Shown: in pieces, positions 36,670 to 46,335 of the stretch
Position numbering within the stretch: position 1 is the first letter of the stretch
Layout of the letters: each line of letters starts with the position of its first letter
DNA from: Flavobacteriales bacterium UBA7666
Lineage (GTDB): Bacteria > Bacteroidota > Bacteroidia > Flavobacteriales_D > Crocinitomicaceae
Direction: 5' to 3'
Assembly: GCA_002483265.1 (NCBI GenBank)
Contig: DLHO01000022.1
Location: 18,308-82,307, forward strand
DNA length: 64,000 nucleotides
Made by a program: the position numbers and the translations under genes
The notes under the pieces: model-generated
Database searches by the model: none
What the model was told of the DNA's origin: nothing
What the model saw: the letters and a program-made list of their open reading frames with translations, nothing else

Positions 36670-38949
36670 ATGAAAACAAGAATTTTAAAACTGGCTGCTT
36701 TATGTGGCCTATTTGTACTTGGAAGTATCTCCAAATACAATGCGCAATCATTCTCAGAATCCTTTAATGATATTACTCTCCTTGCTGGAAATGGCTGGGT
36801 AATGACCAATGCGAGTGTTGCTGTTGGTTCAACAAACTGGTTTCAGGGAAATCCTGTTGGAGCAGGCGGACCATTTGATGCCTTTAATGGAGCAACAAAT
36901 GCCTATATTGGAGCAAACTACAACAATACCGGATCAACTGGAACAATCAGTAACTGGTTGATGACTCCAAACCGCACTTTTAGAAATGGGGACGTGATTA
37001 CTTTTTATACGCGAAAACCATCACCCGATAGCTACGCGGATAGATTGGAAGTTCGTTTAAGTACAAATGGTGCGAGTACATCCGTTGGAACAGGAATGGC
37101 TGTTGGTGATTATACCACACTTTTGATGAGTGTCAATCCATCATTGGTGCTAGGAGTTTATCCAACTACGTGGACACTATACACAATCACTATTTCAGGT
37201 TTACCTGCGCCAACTTCAGGACGAATTGGTTTCAGATATTTTGTTACCGGTGCAGGACTCTCCGGTACAAATTCTGATTACATTGGAATTGATCAAGTAG
37301 ATTACACACCATATGTTTGCCCGGCGTTCACAATGACAACAGGTGGAGCATTGACAGGTGGAACTGCAGGTTCGGCATATTCATTGGGTTTAACTCAAAC
37401 AGGAGCGTTGGGAGCACCAAGCTATGCTGTTACAGGAGGAGCTCTTCCTCCGGGATTGACTCTAAGCGCTGCTGGAACAATATCAGGAACACCAACTGCT
37501 ACAGGAACATTTAATTTTACTGCTACTGTAAGTGATGCCAGCGGATGTTCAGGATCTCAATCTTATTCGATTACGGTAGTTTGTCCTGCAAACCCAATTG
37601 TATTTACCACTGCGCCTGCATTGTGCGATAATGCTGGCTCCTATACATTGGTAGAAGGTTCCCCGGCAGGTGGGACGTACTCAGGAACAGGAGTTACCGG
37701 AGGGCAATTCGATCCGGCGGCCGGAACACAAACTGTTACCTATGATTACACAAATGCTTTTGGATGTCCATACAATTCAAATTATACCATAACTGTAAAC
37801 AATGCTCCGGCAGTTTCATTGCCTCCTATTTCTGCAGTATGCGATAACTCGGGAACATTGGCATTGACTGGTGGAAGCCCAGCTGGTGGAACTTATAGTG
37901 GTACAGGTGTTACAGGATCAAATTTCGATCCGGCAGCAGGAACACAAACGATTACCTATACTTTTACGGATGTTAACAGTTGTACAGATAATACTTCGAC
38001 TACAATTACCGTAAATCCGGCTCCGGCGGTTACTCAAAGTGCAATTTCAGCAGTTTGTGATAATTCCGGGACGTTTGCCTTGACAGGTGGAAGCCCAGCA
38101 ACAGGTACTTACAGTGGAACAGGTGTTACGTTGAATACTTTTGATCCTTCAGCAGGAACACAGACAGTTACTTATACTTATACAGATGTAAATGGTTGTA
38201 CGGATGATGCTTCAACTACAATTACAGTAAATGCTGCTCCAACAGTTGCTCAAAGTGCAATTTCAGCGATTTGCAGTAACTCAGGAACTTTAGCATTGAC
38301 AGGTGGAAGCCCTGCAGGAGGAACTTACAGCGGAACAGGAGTTACTGGAAGCAACTTTAATCCTGCATCAGGAACACAAACAGTGACTTATACATTCACG
38401 GATGCCAACGGTTGTACAGATGATGCCGCGACAACGATTACAGTAAATACAGCTCCAACAGTTGCATTTACATCTCCAGTTGCAAACATGTGTTTGAATC
38501 ACGCACCATTGACACTTTCAGGTGGAACTCCAGCAGGAGGAACATATAGTGGAACAGGTGTAAGTGGAGGAGTGTTGAATCCTACTACTGCAGGTGCAGG
38601 AAGTCATGTAATTACCTATTCATTCACGGATGCAAATGGGTGTGACGGTCAAGCAACCTTTACAATTAATGTAAGTGCTTGTTTAGGTCTTACAGAAAAC
38701 GGTCAGGAATTCGGTTTAGAAGTTTATCCAAACCCAACAACCGGTAAGTTTACTGCAAGTATAACATCAGGAGTGGATTTCTCCATTGTAAACGTGGTTG
38801 ATATTCAAGGAAAAGAGATTCCATTCGGATCGTCTAAATCTTCCGCTACAGCAACGGATATTGATTTTTCAAATCAAGTACCGGGACTTTATTTTGTAAA
38901 TGCAACGGTTGATGGCCAGCGTTTCACGTTCCGTGTTCAAAAACAATAA
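36670..38949 (+). CDS. T9SS-sorted adhesin-like protein: choice-of-anchor J / cleaved-adhesin domain, Ig-like domain, about 5 tandem repeats
   Basis: ISNWLMTP...DRLEVRLST...RIGFRY...IGIDQV domain; GALPPGLTLSAAGTISGTPT Ig-like; repeated C..G...LTGGSPAGGTYSGTGV units; YPNP sorting domain. Confidence 0.9.
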   Translation: MKTRILKLAALCGLFVLGSISKYNAQSFSESFNDITLLAGNGWVMTNASVAVGSTNWFQGNPVGAGGPFDAFNGATNAYIGANYNNTGSTGTISNWLMTPNRTFRNGDVITFYTRKPSPDSYADRLEVRLSTNGASTSVGTGMAVGDYTTLLMSVNPSLVLGVYPTTWTLYTITISGLPAPTSGRIGFRYFVTGAGLSGTNSDYIGIDQVDYTPYVCPAFTMTTGGALTGGTAGSAYSLGLTQTGALGAPSYAVTGGALPPGLTLSAAGTISGTPTATGTFNFTATVSDASGCSGSQSYSITVVCPANPIVFTTAPALCDNAGSYTLVEGSPAGGTYSGTGVTGGQFDPAAGTQTVTYDYTNAFGCPYNSNYTITVNNAPAVSLPPISAVCDNSGTLALTGGSPAGGTYSGTGVTGSNFDPAAGTQTITYTFTDVNSCTDNTSTTITVNPAPAVTQSAISAVCDNSGTFALTGGSPATGTYSGTGVTLNTFDPSAGTQTVTYTYTDVNGCTDDASTTITVNAAPTVAQSAISAICSNSGTLALTGGSPAGGTYSGTGVTGSNFNPASGTQTVTYTFTDANGCTDDAATTITVNTAPTVAFTSPVANMCLNHAPLTLSGGTPAGGTYSGTGVSGGVLNPTTAGAGSHVITYSFTDANGCDGQATFTINVSACLGLTENGQEFGLEVYPNPTTGKFTASITSGVDFSIVNVVDIQGKEIPFGSSKSSATATDIDFSNQVPGLYFVNATVDGQRFTFRVQKQ
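37600..38670 (+). repeat. Intragenic tandem repeats of about 72 aa (about 216 bp), 5 copies
   Basis: Recurrent GGSPAGGTYSGTGVTG...FDP.AGTQT.TYT.TD.NGC unit; boundaries approximate. Confidence 0.8.
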
Positions 38950-38984
38950 GGCGTATCAATTATTTGATTGTCAATGATTTAATG

Positions 38985-39017
38985 AAAGCCGTTCTGATTT
39001 TACAGAACGGCTTTTTT
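38985..39017 (+). terminator. Intrinsic terminator
   Basis: AAAGCCGTTCTG / CAGAACGGCTTT stem followed by a T-tract. Confidence 0.85.
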
Positions 39018-39124
39018 TGTGAAAATGGCAAAGTTGATTCTCGATGAGGCTTGTAGTTTGTTGATTGAAAATGGCTGAATACTAATTAGTTGTACTATAG
39101 ATTTAATTGTAAACTATCTTTAGT

Positions 39125-40447
39125 ATGAAACTTAAGCGTATGAACTACTCACTACAACTGAAAGCAATTAAAATTGCTCTACTATTACTGGTCTCAACTT
39201 CTTTTGCCTCGGCGCAAACAAGCTATGAAATTTCAGTACCTCAAAGTTATCTTACCAAAGATTTCCTTTCTTTGGCTACAGATAATATTACGAATCAAGG
39301 AAGGTTCATCACTGGGGATAAATTTGAATTGATTCTCGAACAGAAACATGCTGAAAATTATGTGAGGTCTGTTTTTGAATCAGTAGGAATTCCGGTATTG
39401 AATGTTAGCAGCACCAAACAAATGGATGTTTTCCGTGAGAAAGCTGGAGGAAATGATTGTGAAGCTGCTGAATTGTTATGTTCCAATACTTCACAGACAG
39501 CGAATAGCGGTGGTGCCGGAGCAACACAAGAATTAAACGGAACTAATCAGGGGTGTCTTGGTGTTGAGCATCAATCCTCCTGGTATTATCTAAATGTTCA
39601 AACAGGTGGATCATTAACAATGACGATTTCACCCACTAGTGGAACTGATGATTATGATTTTGCTATTTGGGGACCTTTCACGAGTGCTACAGCAGGTGCA
39701 AATTGTCCACCAACATCAGCTCCAATCCGTTGCAGTTATTCCTCCGCAACCGGAAATACCGGATTGATGATTCCATTTTCCGGACAAAGCAGCTCCATAG
39801 GATGTGGTTTTTTGGGATTATTTCCGTGTACCGGATTGATTACAACAACCAATAACCCGGCTGATAACAGTGAAGGTGCCGGAGGTGATAAATGGGTCAG
39901 TAATTTAACCACGACAGCGAATCAGGTTTACATCCTATTGGTTGACAACTTCTCAAATTCTGGTCAACCATACAACATGTCGTTCGGAGGAACATCTGTT
40001 TTGGGCTGTACTCCGGTGGTTCTGCCGGTTGAGTTAAGTTCATTTAAGGCGATTAAGACTACCAAGGGGAATAGTTTAAACTGGACTACCGAAGCAGAAA
40101 ACAGATCGAACTTCTTTACCGTTGAATGGACTACAGATCCTGCTTCCGGAAATTGGAAGGAAATAGCACATGTACAGGCACAAGGAAATTCTCAGGAAAT
40201 TCAGGATTACGGTACTTTTCACTCCAATCCATCGTTGATAGATATTAATTATTACCGATTGATCTTGACTGATTTGGATGGTTCCAGAACAGTTTATGAT
40301 TCATTTATCCAAAGTGTGGATAATCTTCAGGGTTCTAAGAAAGTGGAACACATTTTTAATATGATGGGACAAGAAGTAGATGAAAATTGCAAAGGAGTGG
40401 TGATCTACTATTACTCAGACGGAACAACTGAGAGAGTGTATAGATAA
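39125..40447 (+). CDS. Cys-rich secreted protein with a short T9SS-like C-terminus
   Basis: Signal peptide ending ASA|Q, DYDFAIWGP and APIRCSY domain, C-terminal IFNMMGQEV...YYYSDGTTERV. Confidence 0.85.
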   Translation: MKLKRMNYSLQLKAIKIALLLLVSTSFASAQTSYEISVPQSYLTKDFLSLATDNITNQGRFITGDKFELILEQKHAENYVRSVFESVGIPVLNVSSTKQMDVFREKAGGNDCEAAELLCSNTSQTANSGGAGATQELNGTNQGCLGVEHQSSWYYLNVQTGGSLTMTISPTSGTDDYDFAIWGPFTSATAGANCPPTSAPIRCSYSSATGNTGLMIPFSGQSSSIGCGFLGLFPCTGLITTTNNPADNSEGAGGDKWVSNLTTTANQVYILLVDNFSNSGQPYNMSFGGTSVLGCTPVVLPVELSSFKAIKTTKGNSLNWTTEAENRSNFFTVEWTTDPASGNWKEIAHVQAQGNSQEIQDYGTFHSNPSLIDINYYRLILTDLDGSRTVYDSFIQSVDNLQGSKKVEHIFNMMGQEVDENCKGVVIYYYSDGTTERVYR

Positions 40448-40499
40448 TTCAGAGATCTGAAAGTGAATTGCATATTCAATAAAAATTCTACTTTTGAGT

Positions 40500-41504
40500 A
40501 TGGACATTCAAAACCGACTACTTGAACAACTAAAGGCAAAATTACCTCCTGATACTTCATTGGGAAAATTGTTGATGGATGATTTGGAATTGTCACGTGA
40601 TTCTGCTTATAGGAGAGCACGTGGTGAAACAGCATTGAAACCTGAAGAAATCCACCTGTTGTGTCAGAAATACGATCTGTCGATTGATAAAATCATTGGT
40701 GTTTCAGGTAAGAGTGTGACCTTTCAATACAACCCGATTCAGCGTTCAGAGTTTTCTTTTGAAACGTATTTGAACGGAATCATGGATGGATTTAAGCGAA
40801 TGGTTGCCCAGCGTACGCAGGAACTCTATATGTCTAATCTGGATCTGATCATCTTTCAATTATTGAATTCCCCTGCTCTCTTGCGATTTAAGCTTCTTTA
40901 CTTTGGAAAGTGCTATTTGAAATTGGGACAATTAGAAGATGTCAAATTTCACAAAGGATGGAAAGGTGATATTTCCGATGAACAATTGCAACAAATGTCG
41001 AACTTTTATATTCGTGTAAAATCCACGGAAGTTATTGGATACGACGCGGGGAAAGGCTTGATTCGTGAAATCGTTTCTTTTTATGAATTGGGGTATTTCG
41101 AAACACCCGAAGATGCAATTTTTCTCATCGATGAGGTAGCTTCCTTGGTTGATCATATCAAAAAACAAGCTGAGATCGGTCGTAAATTTATCAAAGGTCA
41201 ACCCGTAATTACAGAAGCCGATAATTTCCATTTATACCTACATCAAACCTATATTCAGGACAACACGATCATTTCAGAAACAAATGCTTACCGTATGCTA
41301 TATATAACGCATAACATGCTGAATTATTTGTTCACTATTGATCAGGATTATGTCAATAAATCATTTGCAGTTTTCCAATCCATGCTTAAAAGTTGCGTTA
41401 AAATTTCGGAAGAAAATCAACGTCAGCGAAATGCCTATTTTGAAAGCCTTGGACAGTTTATTTCGAAGGCAAGAATCCGTATCGAAGGAACTGACTTGTA
41501 TTAA
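40500..41504 (+). CDS. HTH (BetR-like) transcriptional regulator
   Basis: N-terminal LELSRDSAYRRARGETAL...LCQKYDLSID HTH; TACTTTTG box at 40489-40496. ORF track starts at 40494. Confidence 0.8.
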   Translation: MDIQNRLLEQLKAKLPPDTSLGKLLMDDLELSRDSAYRRARGETALKPEEIHLLCQKYDLSIDKIIGVSGKSVTFQYNPIQRSEFSFETYLNGIMDGFKRMVAQRTQELYMSNLDLIIFQLLNSPALLRFKLLYFGKCYLKLGQLEDVKFHKGWKGDISDEQLQQMSNFYIRVKSTEVIGYDAGKGLIREIVSFYELGYFETPEDAIFLIDEVASLVDHIKKQAEIGRKFIKGQPVITEADNFHLYLHQTYIQDNTIISETNAYRMLYITHNMLNYLFTIDQDYVNKSFAVFQSMLKSCVKISEENQRQRNAYFESLGQFISKARIRIEGTDLY

Positions 41505-41655
41505 TTTTTTGATATCAGGCAACCTTTCGTTTTTGGGAGGAGTAACTAAGCCGGAATGAAAAAAATTTTGAGGGGAAAAAGGGAGTTTTCTATTCGTTTG
41601 ACCAATTAATTTCGTGAAATCGAATTGGAGTAGGACGCAAGAAGGGTGTTAAGTA

Positions 41656-42195
41656 GTGCTGACTAAAGAAATAGAGGAACAATTTTCAAAGGGTAATCGA
41701 AAGGCTTTCGATGCTGTTTATGCTGCGTTTTCTGCGGCTATGTTCGGTCTATGTCTGCGTTATACACGCTGTTCTGATGATGCAAAGGATATTTTACAGG
41801 AAGCATTCATCAAAATTTACAAAAACTGCGATCAGTATTCGACGGATAAACCCCTTGCTGCATGGATAAAAACAATTACGATAAATACGGCATTAACATA
41901 CATCAAGAGAAATTACCGGTTTGAACTTCATGAAGATGACGGATTTTTTGATGAACAGCAGGAAGTTCCATTTGATTCGGAAGATCAGGAAAATTTAAAG
42001 AAAAAATTAATCCAGATACTGAATGAATTACCAGATGGTTACAGAACGATTTTCAATCTTTTTGTAATCGAAAATTTGACGCATAAGGAAATAGCAGAAT
42101 ATTTGTCGATTTCCGAAAGTACCAGTAAAACCCAATACTTCAAGGCTAAGAAAATGATTCTTAGCTTGCTTGAGGTTTCAAACCAAAACGCATGA
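41656..42195 (+). CDS. ECF RNA polymerase sigma-70 factor
   Basis: DAKDILQEAFIKIY, AWIKTITINTAL and LPDGYRTIFNLFVIENLTHKEIAEYL motifs. Confidence 0.93.
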   Translation: MLTKEIEEQFSKGNRKAFDAVYAAFSAAMFGLCLRYTRCSDDAKDILQEAFIKIYKNCDQYSTDKPLAAWIKTITINTALTYIKRNYRFELHEDDGFFDEQQEVPFDSEDQENLKKKLIQILNELPDGYRTIFNLFVIENLTHKEIAEYLSISESTSKTQYFKAKKMILSLLEVSNQNA

Positions 42196-43703
42196 CAGAG
42201 GAAAATAACATAGAAAAGTTATTCCAGGATGCCTTTGAAAATTTCGAAGTGACTCCTCCTGTTTCTGTGAAAATGGAAATTGATAAGGAGCTTGGACCTA
42301 AAAGAAGGTACCGATTTATTTTTTGGTGGCTTCCGGTTTTGATTTTGCTATTGACCGGAGCTGCTTTCGCGGTAATTAATTACAACTCCAATTCATCGGC
42401 TGCAAAACAAGTCGTTGCTGCTTCGGACTCAAACTCAGAACCAGTTGATTCGAACGAACCTTCAATAAAGACTGATTCTGAAATTCGTGAATCAGTAACT
42501 AATCCGGAAAAAAAGTCAATTGATCCGGAAGAACTTGTTGATACAAAAGAATCGAAATCGAATTCGGATGAGAAGAATAGGTCAAGTCAGACTGGAAAGA
42601 AACAGCAATCGGTTAAATTAAAAACAGGAAGCACGAATTCAATCTCTCAGAATGAGAATGAAACTACGAAACCCCTTGTTTCTGCTAAATCCAAAAAGTT
42701 TCTGCAGCGCAAGACAACGATTCAAACAAAGAAGAAAACGCCAAAGAAGTTTAACAAAGGAATTGGAGGGACGCTCGTTGCTGTGTCTTCAAACGATTAC
42801 AAGGAAAAAGGAGTGTCAGGAATGTTAGACGGAGGCTCAAAACAAAATCCGGATTCGGAAAAAACGGACGCAGCAGATGCAAAAGAGAAGGGTGGATCGG
42901 TTGAAACAAATCCCGTTGAAAAAGATCCGCAAGGGAAGGAGAAAATAGATTCAGTACAAAAAGCTGATTCGTTAGTAACTGCTGCTAATTCGGTTGATTC
43001 TGTTTGGAAACCCGATAATCCGGGAAGAGTGAAGCCTCCGGAAGACAATTCAAAAGCTAGAAACTGGATGGTAGAAATCTATGGAGGACCTCGTTTTGGG
43101 ACAAAAACTTCAAAATCTGATTTTACTTTGAAAGAATCGAATGCCTATCAAATTGGTTTGGGCTTTTCCCGAAGACTAAATCTGGGACCAATGAAATACG
43201 TGACATTGGATGGAGAATATGGATCAGGAAAGGAAAGTTATCGTTCGGAAACCACTACCGCTTCCTTCATTTTTACAGGAATTGATTCTGTTCCGGTTTT
43301 AGATTCGACAATGACAGATACACTCGGCTATACCTACCAGAATCTTTATGATACAATTAATACGATTACTGAAAACAACAGCACTTCAATGGTAACCCGA
43401 TTTGCATTTGGATTGAGAACACAGTTCAATTTTGATTTGGGAGGAGGTTTTGGACTGGCTGTTATGCCGGGATATTATTATTCCATGAGCAAATTCAAGT
43501 TTTCCGACAGCTCGAATACCTCAAAGAGCACTAGTTCGCAAATTCTATTGGGGCTTAGCGCTTATTATGATTGGAATCGCTTTCGTTTCCGGATCGGACT
43601 GGATACGAGATATGAATTGATGGGGAAAAATCAGAATGTATTTATTGATAGAAGAAAATCCTTCCTGTTCTCACCACAATTCGGAATTGCATTTAAGTTT
43701 TAG
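42192..43703 (+). CDS. Putative dual-membrane-spanning anti-sigma factor (TM + disordered linker + beta-barrel)
   Basis: Short N-terminal IEKLFQDAFENFEVTPP, one TM helix, a long S/K/E-rich low-complexity stretch and a barrel ending GIAFKF; overlaps the sigma stop (ATGA). Confidence 0.8.
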   Translation: MTEENNIEKLFQDAFENFEVTPPVSVKMEIDKELGPKRRYRFIFWWLPVLILLLTGAAFAVINYNSNSSAAKQVVAASDSNSEPVDSNEPSIKTDSEIRESVTNPEKKSIDPEELVDTKESKSNSDEKNRSSQTGKKQQSVKLKTGSTNSISQNENETTKPLVSAKSKKFLQRKTTIQTKKKTPKKFNKGIGGTLVAVSSNDYKEKGVSGMLDGGSKQNPDSEKTDAADAKEKGGSVETNPVEKDPQGKEKIDSVQKADSLVTAANSVDSVWKPDNPGRVKPPEDNSKARNWMVEIYGGPRFGTKTSKSDFTLKESNAYQIGLGFSRRLNLGPMKYVTLDGEYGSGKESYRSETTTASFIFTGIDSVPVLDSTMTDTLGYTYQNLYDTINTITENNSTSMVTRFAFGLRTQFNFDLGGGFGLAVMPGYYYSMSKFKFSDSSNTSKSTSSQILLGLSAYYDWNRFRFRIGLDTRYELMGKNQNVFIDRRKSFLFSPQFGIAFKF

Positions 43704-43714
43704 TTTCTAATCAG

Positions 43715-43744
43715 AAGGTGGCTGAGCGGAGTCGAAGTAACCTT
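43715..43744. repeat. Second copy of the CTTCGACTCCGCTCAG REP-like element, inverted
   Basis: Reverse complement matches 8060-8089 at 29/30. Confidence 0.85.
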
Positions 43745-44650
43745 TTAGTTGTTTGTATTCCTGGGATGATACGTCAAAATAGCCTCCCGCAAAAAACGTT
43801 GGTCCAAATGCGTATAAATTTCTGTTGTGGTGATGTTTTCATGTCCAAGCATGTCCTGAACGGCACGTAAATTGGCTCCGCCTTCAATCAGGTGTGTTGC
43901 AAAGGAATGCCTGAAAGTATGTGGACTGATTTTTTTCTTGATTCCTGCAACTTCTGCTAATCGCGTGATGATGGTATAAATCATAATGCGCGTCAACTGA
44001 GCACCACGCCGGTTCAGGAAAACGATTGCCTCACTTCCCTTTTTTATCGGGACATTTTCCCGGTCATTTTCCGCATAAAAGGTAACTTCTTCAATCACGC
44101 TTGGGCTCACAGGAACCAAACGTTCTTTGTTTCCTTTTCCAATTACGCGTATAAACCCTTCTTCAAAAAAACAATCTTCAAATCTCAATGAAACCAATTC
44201 GCTTACCCGCAGTCCACAGCTGTAAAGTGTTTCCAGGATAGCTTTGTTTCGCTGACCTTCATTCGAACTTAAATCAATTGCTGCGATTAATGCATCAATC
44301 TCTTCTAAGGTTAATACCTCAGGCAGCTTTCTGCCAATTTTGGGCAACTCCAGGTTTTCAGAAGGATCGTCTTTTCGAATATCCTCTTGCAGTAAAAAAT
44401 CAAAAAATTGTTTCCAACCGCTGATAATACGAGCTTGAGAACGCGCGCTTAATCCCATGTCATATAACTCAGCGATAAATTGTTTTAAATGTCCGGTTTG
44501 AATGTGCTCGGGAGAAAGTGTGTAAGATTCACAAAAGTCGCGTAACTTAGCAACATCTTGCTGATAGGCAAAAATGGAGTTTTCGGCTAAACTGCGTTCT
44601 ATCTTAAGATAATGAACAAATTGTTTAATATATAGTTCCCAGTTTTTCAA
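43745..44650 (-). CDS. xerD: Site-specific tyrosine recombinase XerD
   Basis: SARSQARIISG, LYSCGLRVSEL, GKGNKER, HTFRHSFATH and LGHENITTTEIY motifs; TTG start. Confidence 0.9.
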   Translation of the reverse strand: MKNWELYIKQFVHYLKIERSLAENSIFAYQQDVAKLRDFCESYTLSPEHIQTGHLKQFIAELYDMGLSARSQARIISGWKQFFDFLLQEDIRKDDPSENLELPKIGRKLPEVLTLEEIDALIAAIDLSSNEGQRNKAILETLYSCGLRVSELVSLRFEDCFFEEGFIRVIGKGNKERLVPVSPSVIEEVTFYAENDRENVPIKKGSEAIVFLNRRGAQLTRIMIYTIITRLAEVAGIKKKISPHTFRHSFATHLIEGGANLRAVQDMLGHENITTTEIYTHLDQRFLREAILTYHPRNTNN

Positions 44651-45084
44651 TGATGCGTATTCTAATTCTCAATGGCCCGAATTTAAATCTTTTAGGAACA
44701 CGAGAGCCTGAAATTTATGGAAATCGTACTTTTTTGCAGGTTTTGGAAGAGTTGAAAAAGAATTTTCCCGGTGAGATCGATTACATTCAAAGCAATGTGG
44801 AAGGTGAATTAATCAATGCACTTCACGACTCAAAACACGATGGAATCATACTAAATGCCGGAGGTTATTCGCACACCAGCGTAGCTATCCGCGATGCCAT
44901 TTCTGGAATTCAGGTTCCGGTTGTAGAAGTTCATATCAGTAACCTGGCGCAGCGCGAAGAATTCCGCCATAACTCATTCATTACAGCTGTCTGTGAAGGT
45001 TCCATCATGGGCTTCGGAATGGAAAGCTATCGTTTGGGATTGGAATGGTTTAAGGGAAATCCGAGAGGGAAAATCGGGTACTAG
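44650..45084 (+). CDS. aroQ: Type II 3-dehydroquinate dehydratase
   Basis: LNGPNLNLLGTREPEIYG, QSNVEG, NAGGYSHTS and EVHISN motifs. Confidence 0.97.
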   Translation: MMRILILNGPNLNLLGTREPEIYGNRTFLQVLEELKKNFPGEIDYIQSNVEGELINALHDSKHDGIILNAGGYSHTSVAIRDAISGIQVPVVEVHISNLAQREEFRHNSFITAVCEGSIMGFGMESYRLGLEWFKGNPRGKIGY

Positions 45085-45087
45085 TTT

Positions 45088-45146
45088 TTGACCACGAAGC
45101 ACATTAATGAACTTCAAAACTATATAGCTTATGTTTCTATGTGAAA
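45088..45146. repeat. Degenerate second CATAG-type element
   Basis: TATGTTTCTATGTG (45130-45143) is identical to 27824-27837; ACCACGAAGCAC left arm. Confidence 0.5.
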
Positions 45147-45169
45147 TAAAAACGTGCTCGATTCACTAG

Positions 45170-45310
45170 CTTAACCAATTGATTATCAATAATATGTAGT
45201 GTTGTTTCGGATTCAGGGTACGAAAAAGGGTTATAATTGTACTCCTACGTACCAAAAGGATCATACAAAATCCTATGATTTCCTATGGATTCCTATCTTT
45301 ATCAAGCTAA
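45170..45310. mobile_element. Candidate att-like end of an integrative element
   Basis: ATTGAT-T-ATCAAT palindrome (45178-45190), GTAC(G/C)AAAA direct repeats, and period-10 TCCTATnnnn x3 (45271-45300) resembling integrase arm sites. Confidence 0.45.
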
Positions 45311-45367
45311 AACACTTAATTCTTAGAGAAACGAAGGAAACAATTTTAGAGAAGTTATCCTAATACA

Positions 45368-45964
45368 TTAACAACAATCTTCACCCTTTTGAATTGGCGG
45401 ACATTTTACAGTTCCGTAACTGCAATAAACACAGCAATCACCTTTCAATGGTTTGAGTACAGTTTTACAATTTTCACACTCGTAAAAGTAAGAACAAGCA
45501 TCGGTTGGCATAATTTCATCTTTCCTGTATCCGCAATTCGGACAAGTTATTGTAGAGTTTAATTCTACTTCTTCCGATTCACAGCAACGACCATGCAATC
45601 TGTGTCGGTAATAATCCACGATTGTTGCAATCAATAAACCAAGCATTCCTGCATAAAGGAAATATACCCAGTATTTGCTATCGTTGAAATGGTAACCGTA
45701 AAATATAAGAATAGCGCTTGGTACTGCAATTAGTACGGGGTAAAGACATCCGTGTTTTCGACGTGAAATAAAAAAACCAACAAGTGAAACTATGACCGTT
45801 ATTTGAAAAACCCACATTGTCCAACCCCCGAAAACCTCGAAACTCCCTAAACCGAGAGCAGAAGCGGCAAGTGCAAATATTGGAAAACAACAAGGTGAAA
45901 GGATTGCTACCAACAGCATTCCAATTACACCCCAGTTACTTAGATTTTTCCCTCTACTTCTCAC
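45368..45964 (-). CDS. merC: MerC-like membrane protein fused to a GDCCVxC metal-binding domain
   Basis: PCCFPIFALAASALGLG resembles MerC CAACFPALASFGAAIGLG; 4 TM helices; C-terminal STITCPNCG...MPTDAC...CENC...GDCCVYCSYG. Confidence 0.75.
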   Translation of the reverse strand: MRSRGKNLSNWGVIGMLLVAILSPCCFPIFALAASALGLGSFEVFGGWTMWVFQITVIVSLVGFFISRRKHGCLYPVLIAVPSAILIFYGYHFNDSKYWVYFLYAGMLGLLIATIVDYYRHRLHGRCCESEEVELNSTITCPNCGYRKDEIMPTDACSYFYECENCKTVLKPLKGDCCVYCSYGTVKCPPIQKGEDCC

Positions 45965-45975
45965 AATTTCGAATA

Positions 45976-46329
45976 TTATTCCTCTCCTTTACAACAACCG
46001 TCCCGTTGCTTATACCCGTTCGGATCAGCTTTCACTTCATCCGCATCAAAACCGCGTAGTGATATTTCCTTACGGATTTTATCAGGAGTTATTTTCTTCG
46101 TCCAGTACACAACGGTTGTTGTTTGGTCTGCTTCGTTATAAGTTACTAGTTGAATCCCTTTTACGAAGACCAAATCTCCTTCCAGTTTCCCTCCACACGT
46201 TTCGCAAACTTTGCAATGATCGCAAGTGTTCGGTGTTTTAATAGTAATGGTTTGTCTTTTCTGCTCTTTCTGTGCGAGAAGTACTTGAGACGCAAATAAG
46301 AATGCTATAAATAAGGATGTTTTAATCAT
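45976..46329 (-). CDS. Periplasmic heavy-metal-associated (HMA/MerP-like) protein
   Basis: Signal peptide ending LA|Q, CDHCKVCETC motif, C-terminal GYKQRDGCCK. Confidence 0.8.
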   Translation of the reverse strand: MIKTSLFIAFLFASQVLLAQKEQKRQTITIKTPNTCDHCKVCETCGGKLEGDLVFVKGIQLVTYNEADQTTTVVYWTKKITPDKIRKEISLRGFDADEVKADPNGYKQRDGCCKGEE

Positions 46330-46335
46330 GATCGT

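Noticed and set aside
45100-45360. dif site or tRNA 3' end as the integration target near xerD
   Set aside because: No convincing TTATGTTAAA XerD arm or TTCGAATCC...CCA tRNA end.
45368-45420. Selenocysteine read-through in the GDCCVxC domain
   Set aside because: The frame reads ...GGT GAA GAT TGT TGT TAA; the nearby TGA is out of frame.
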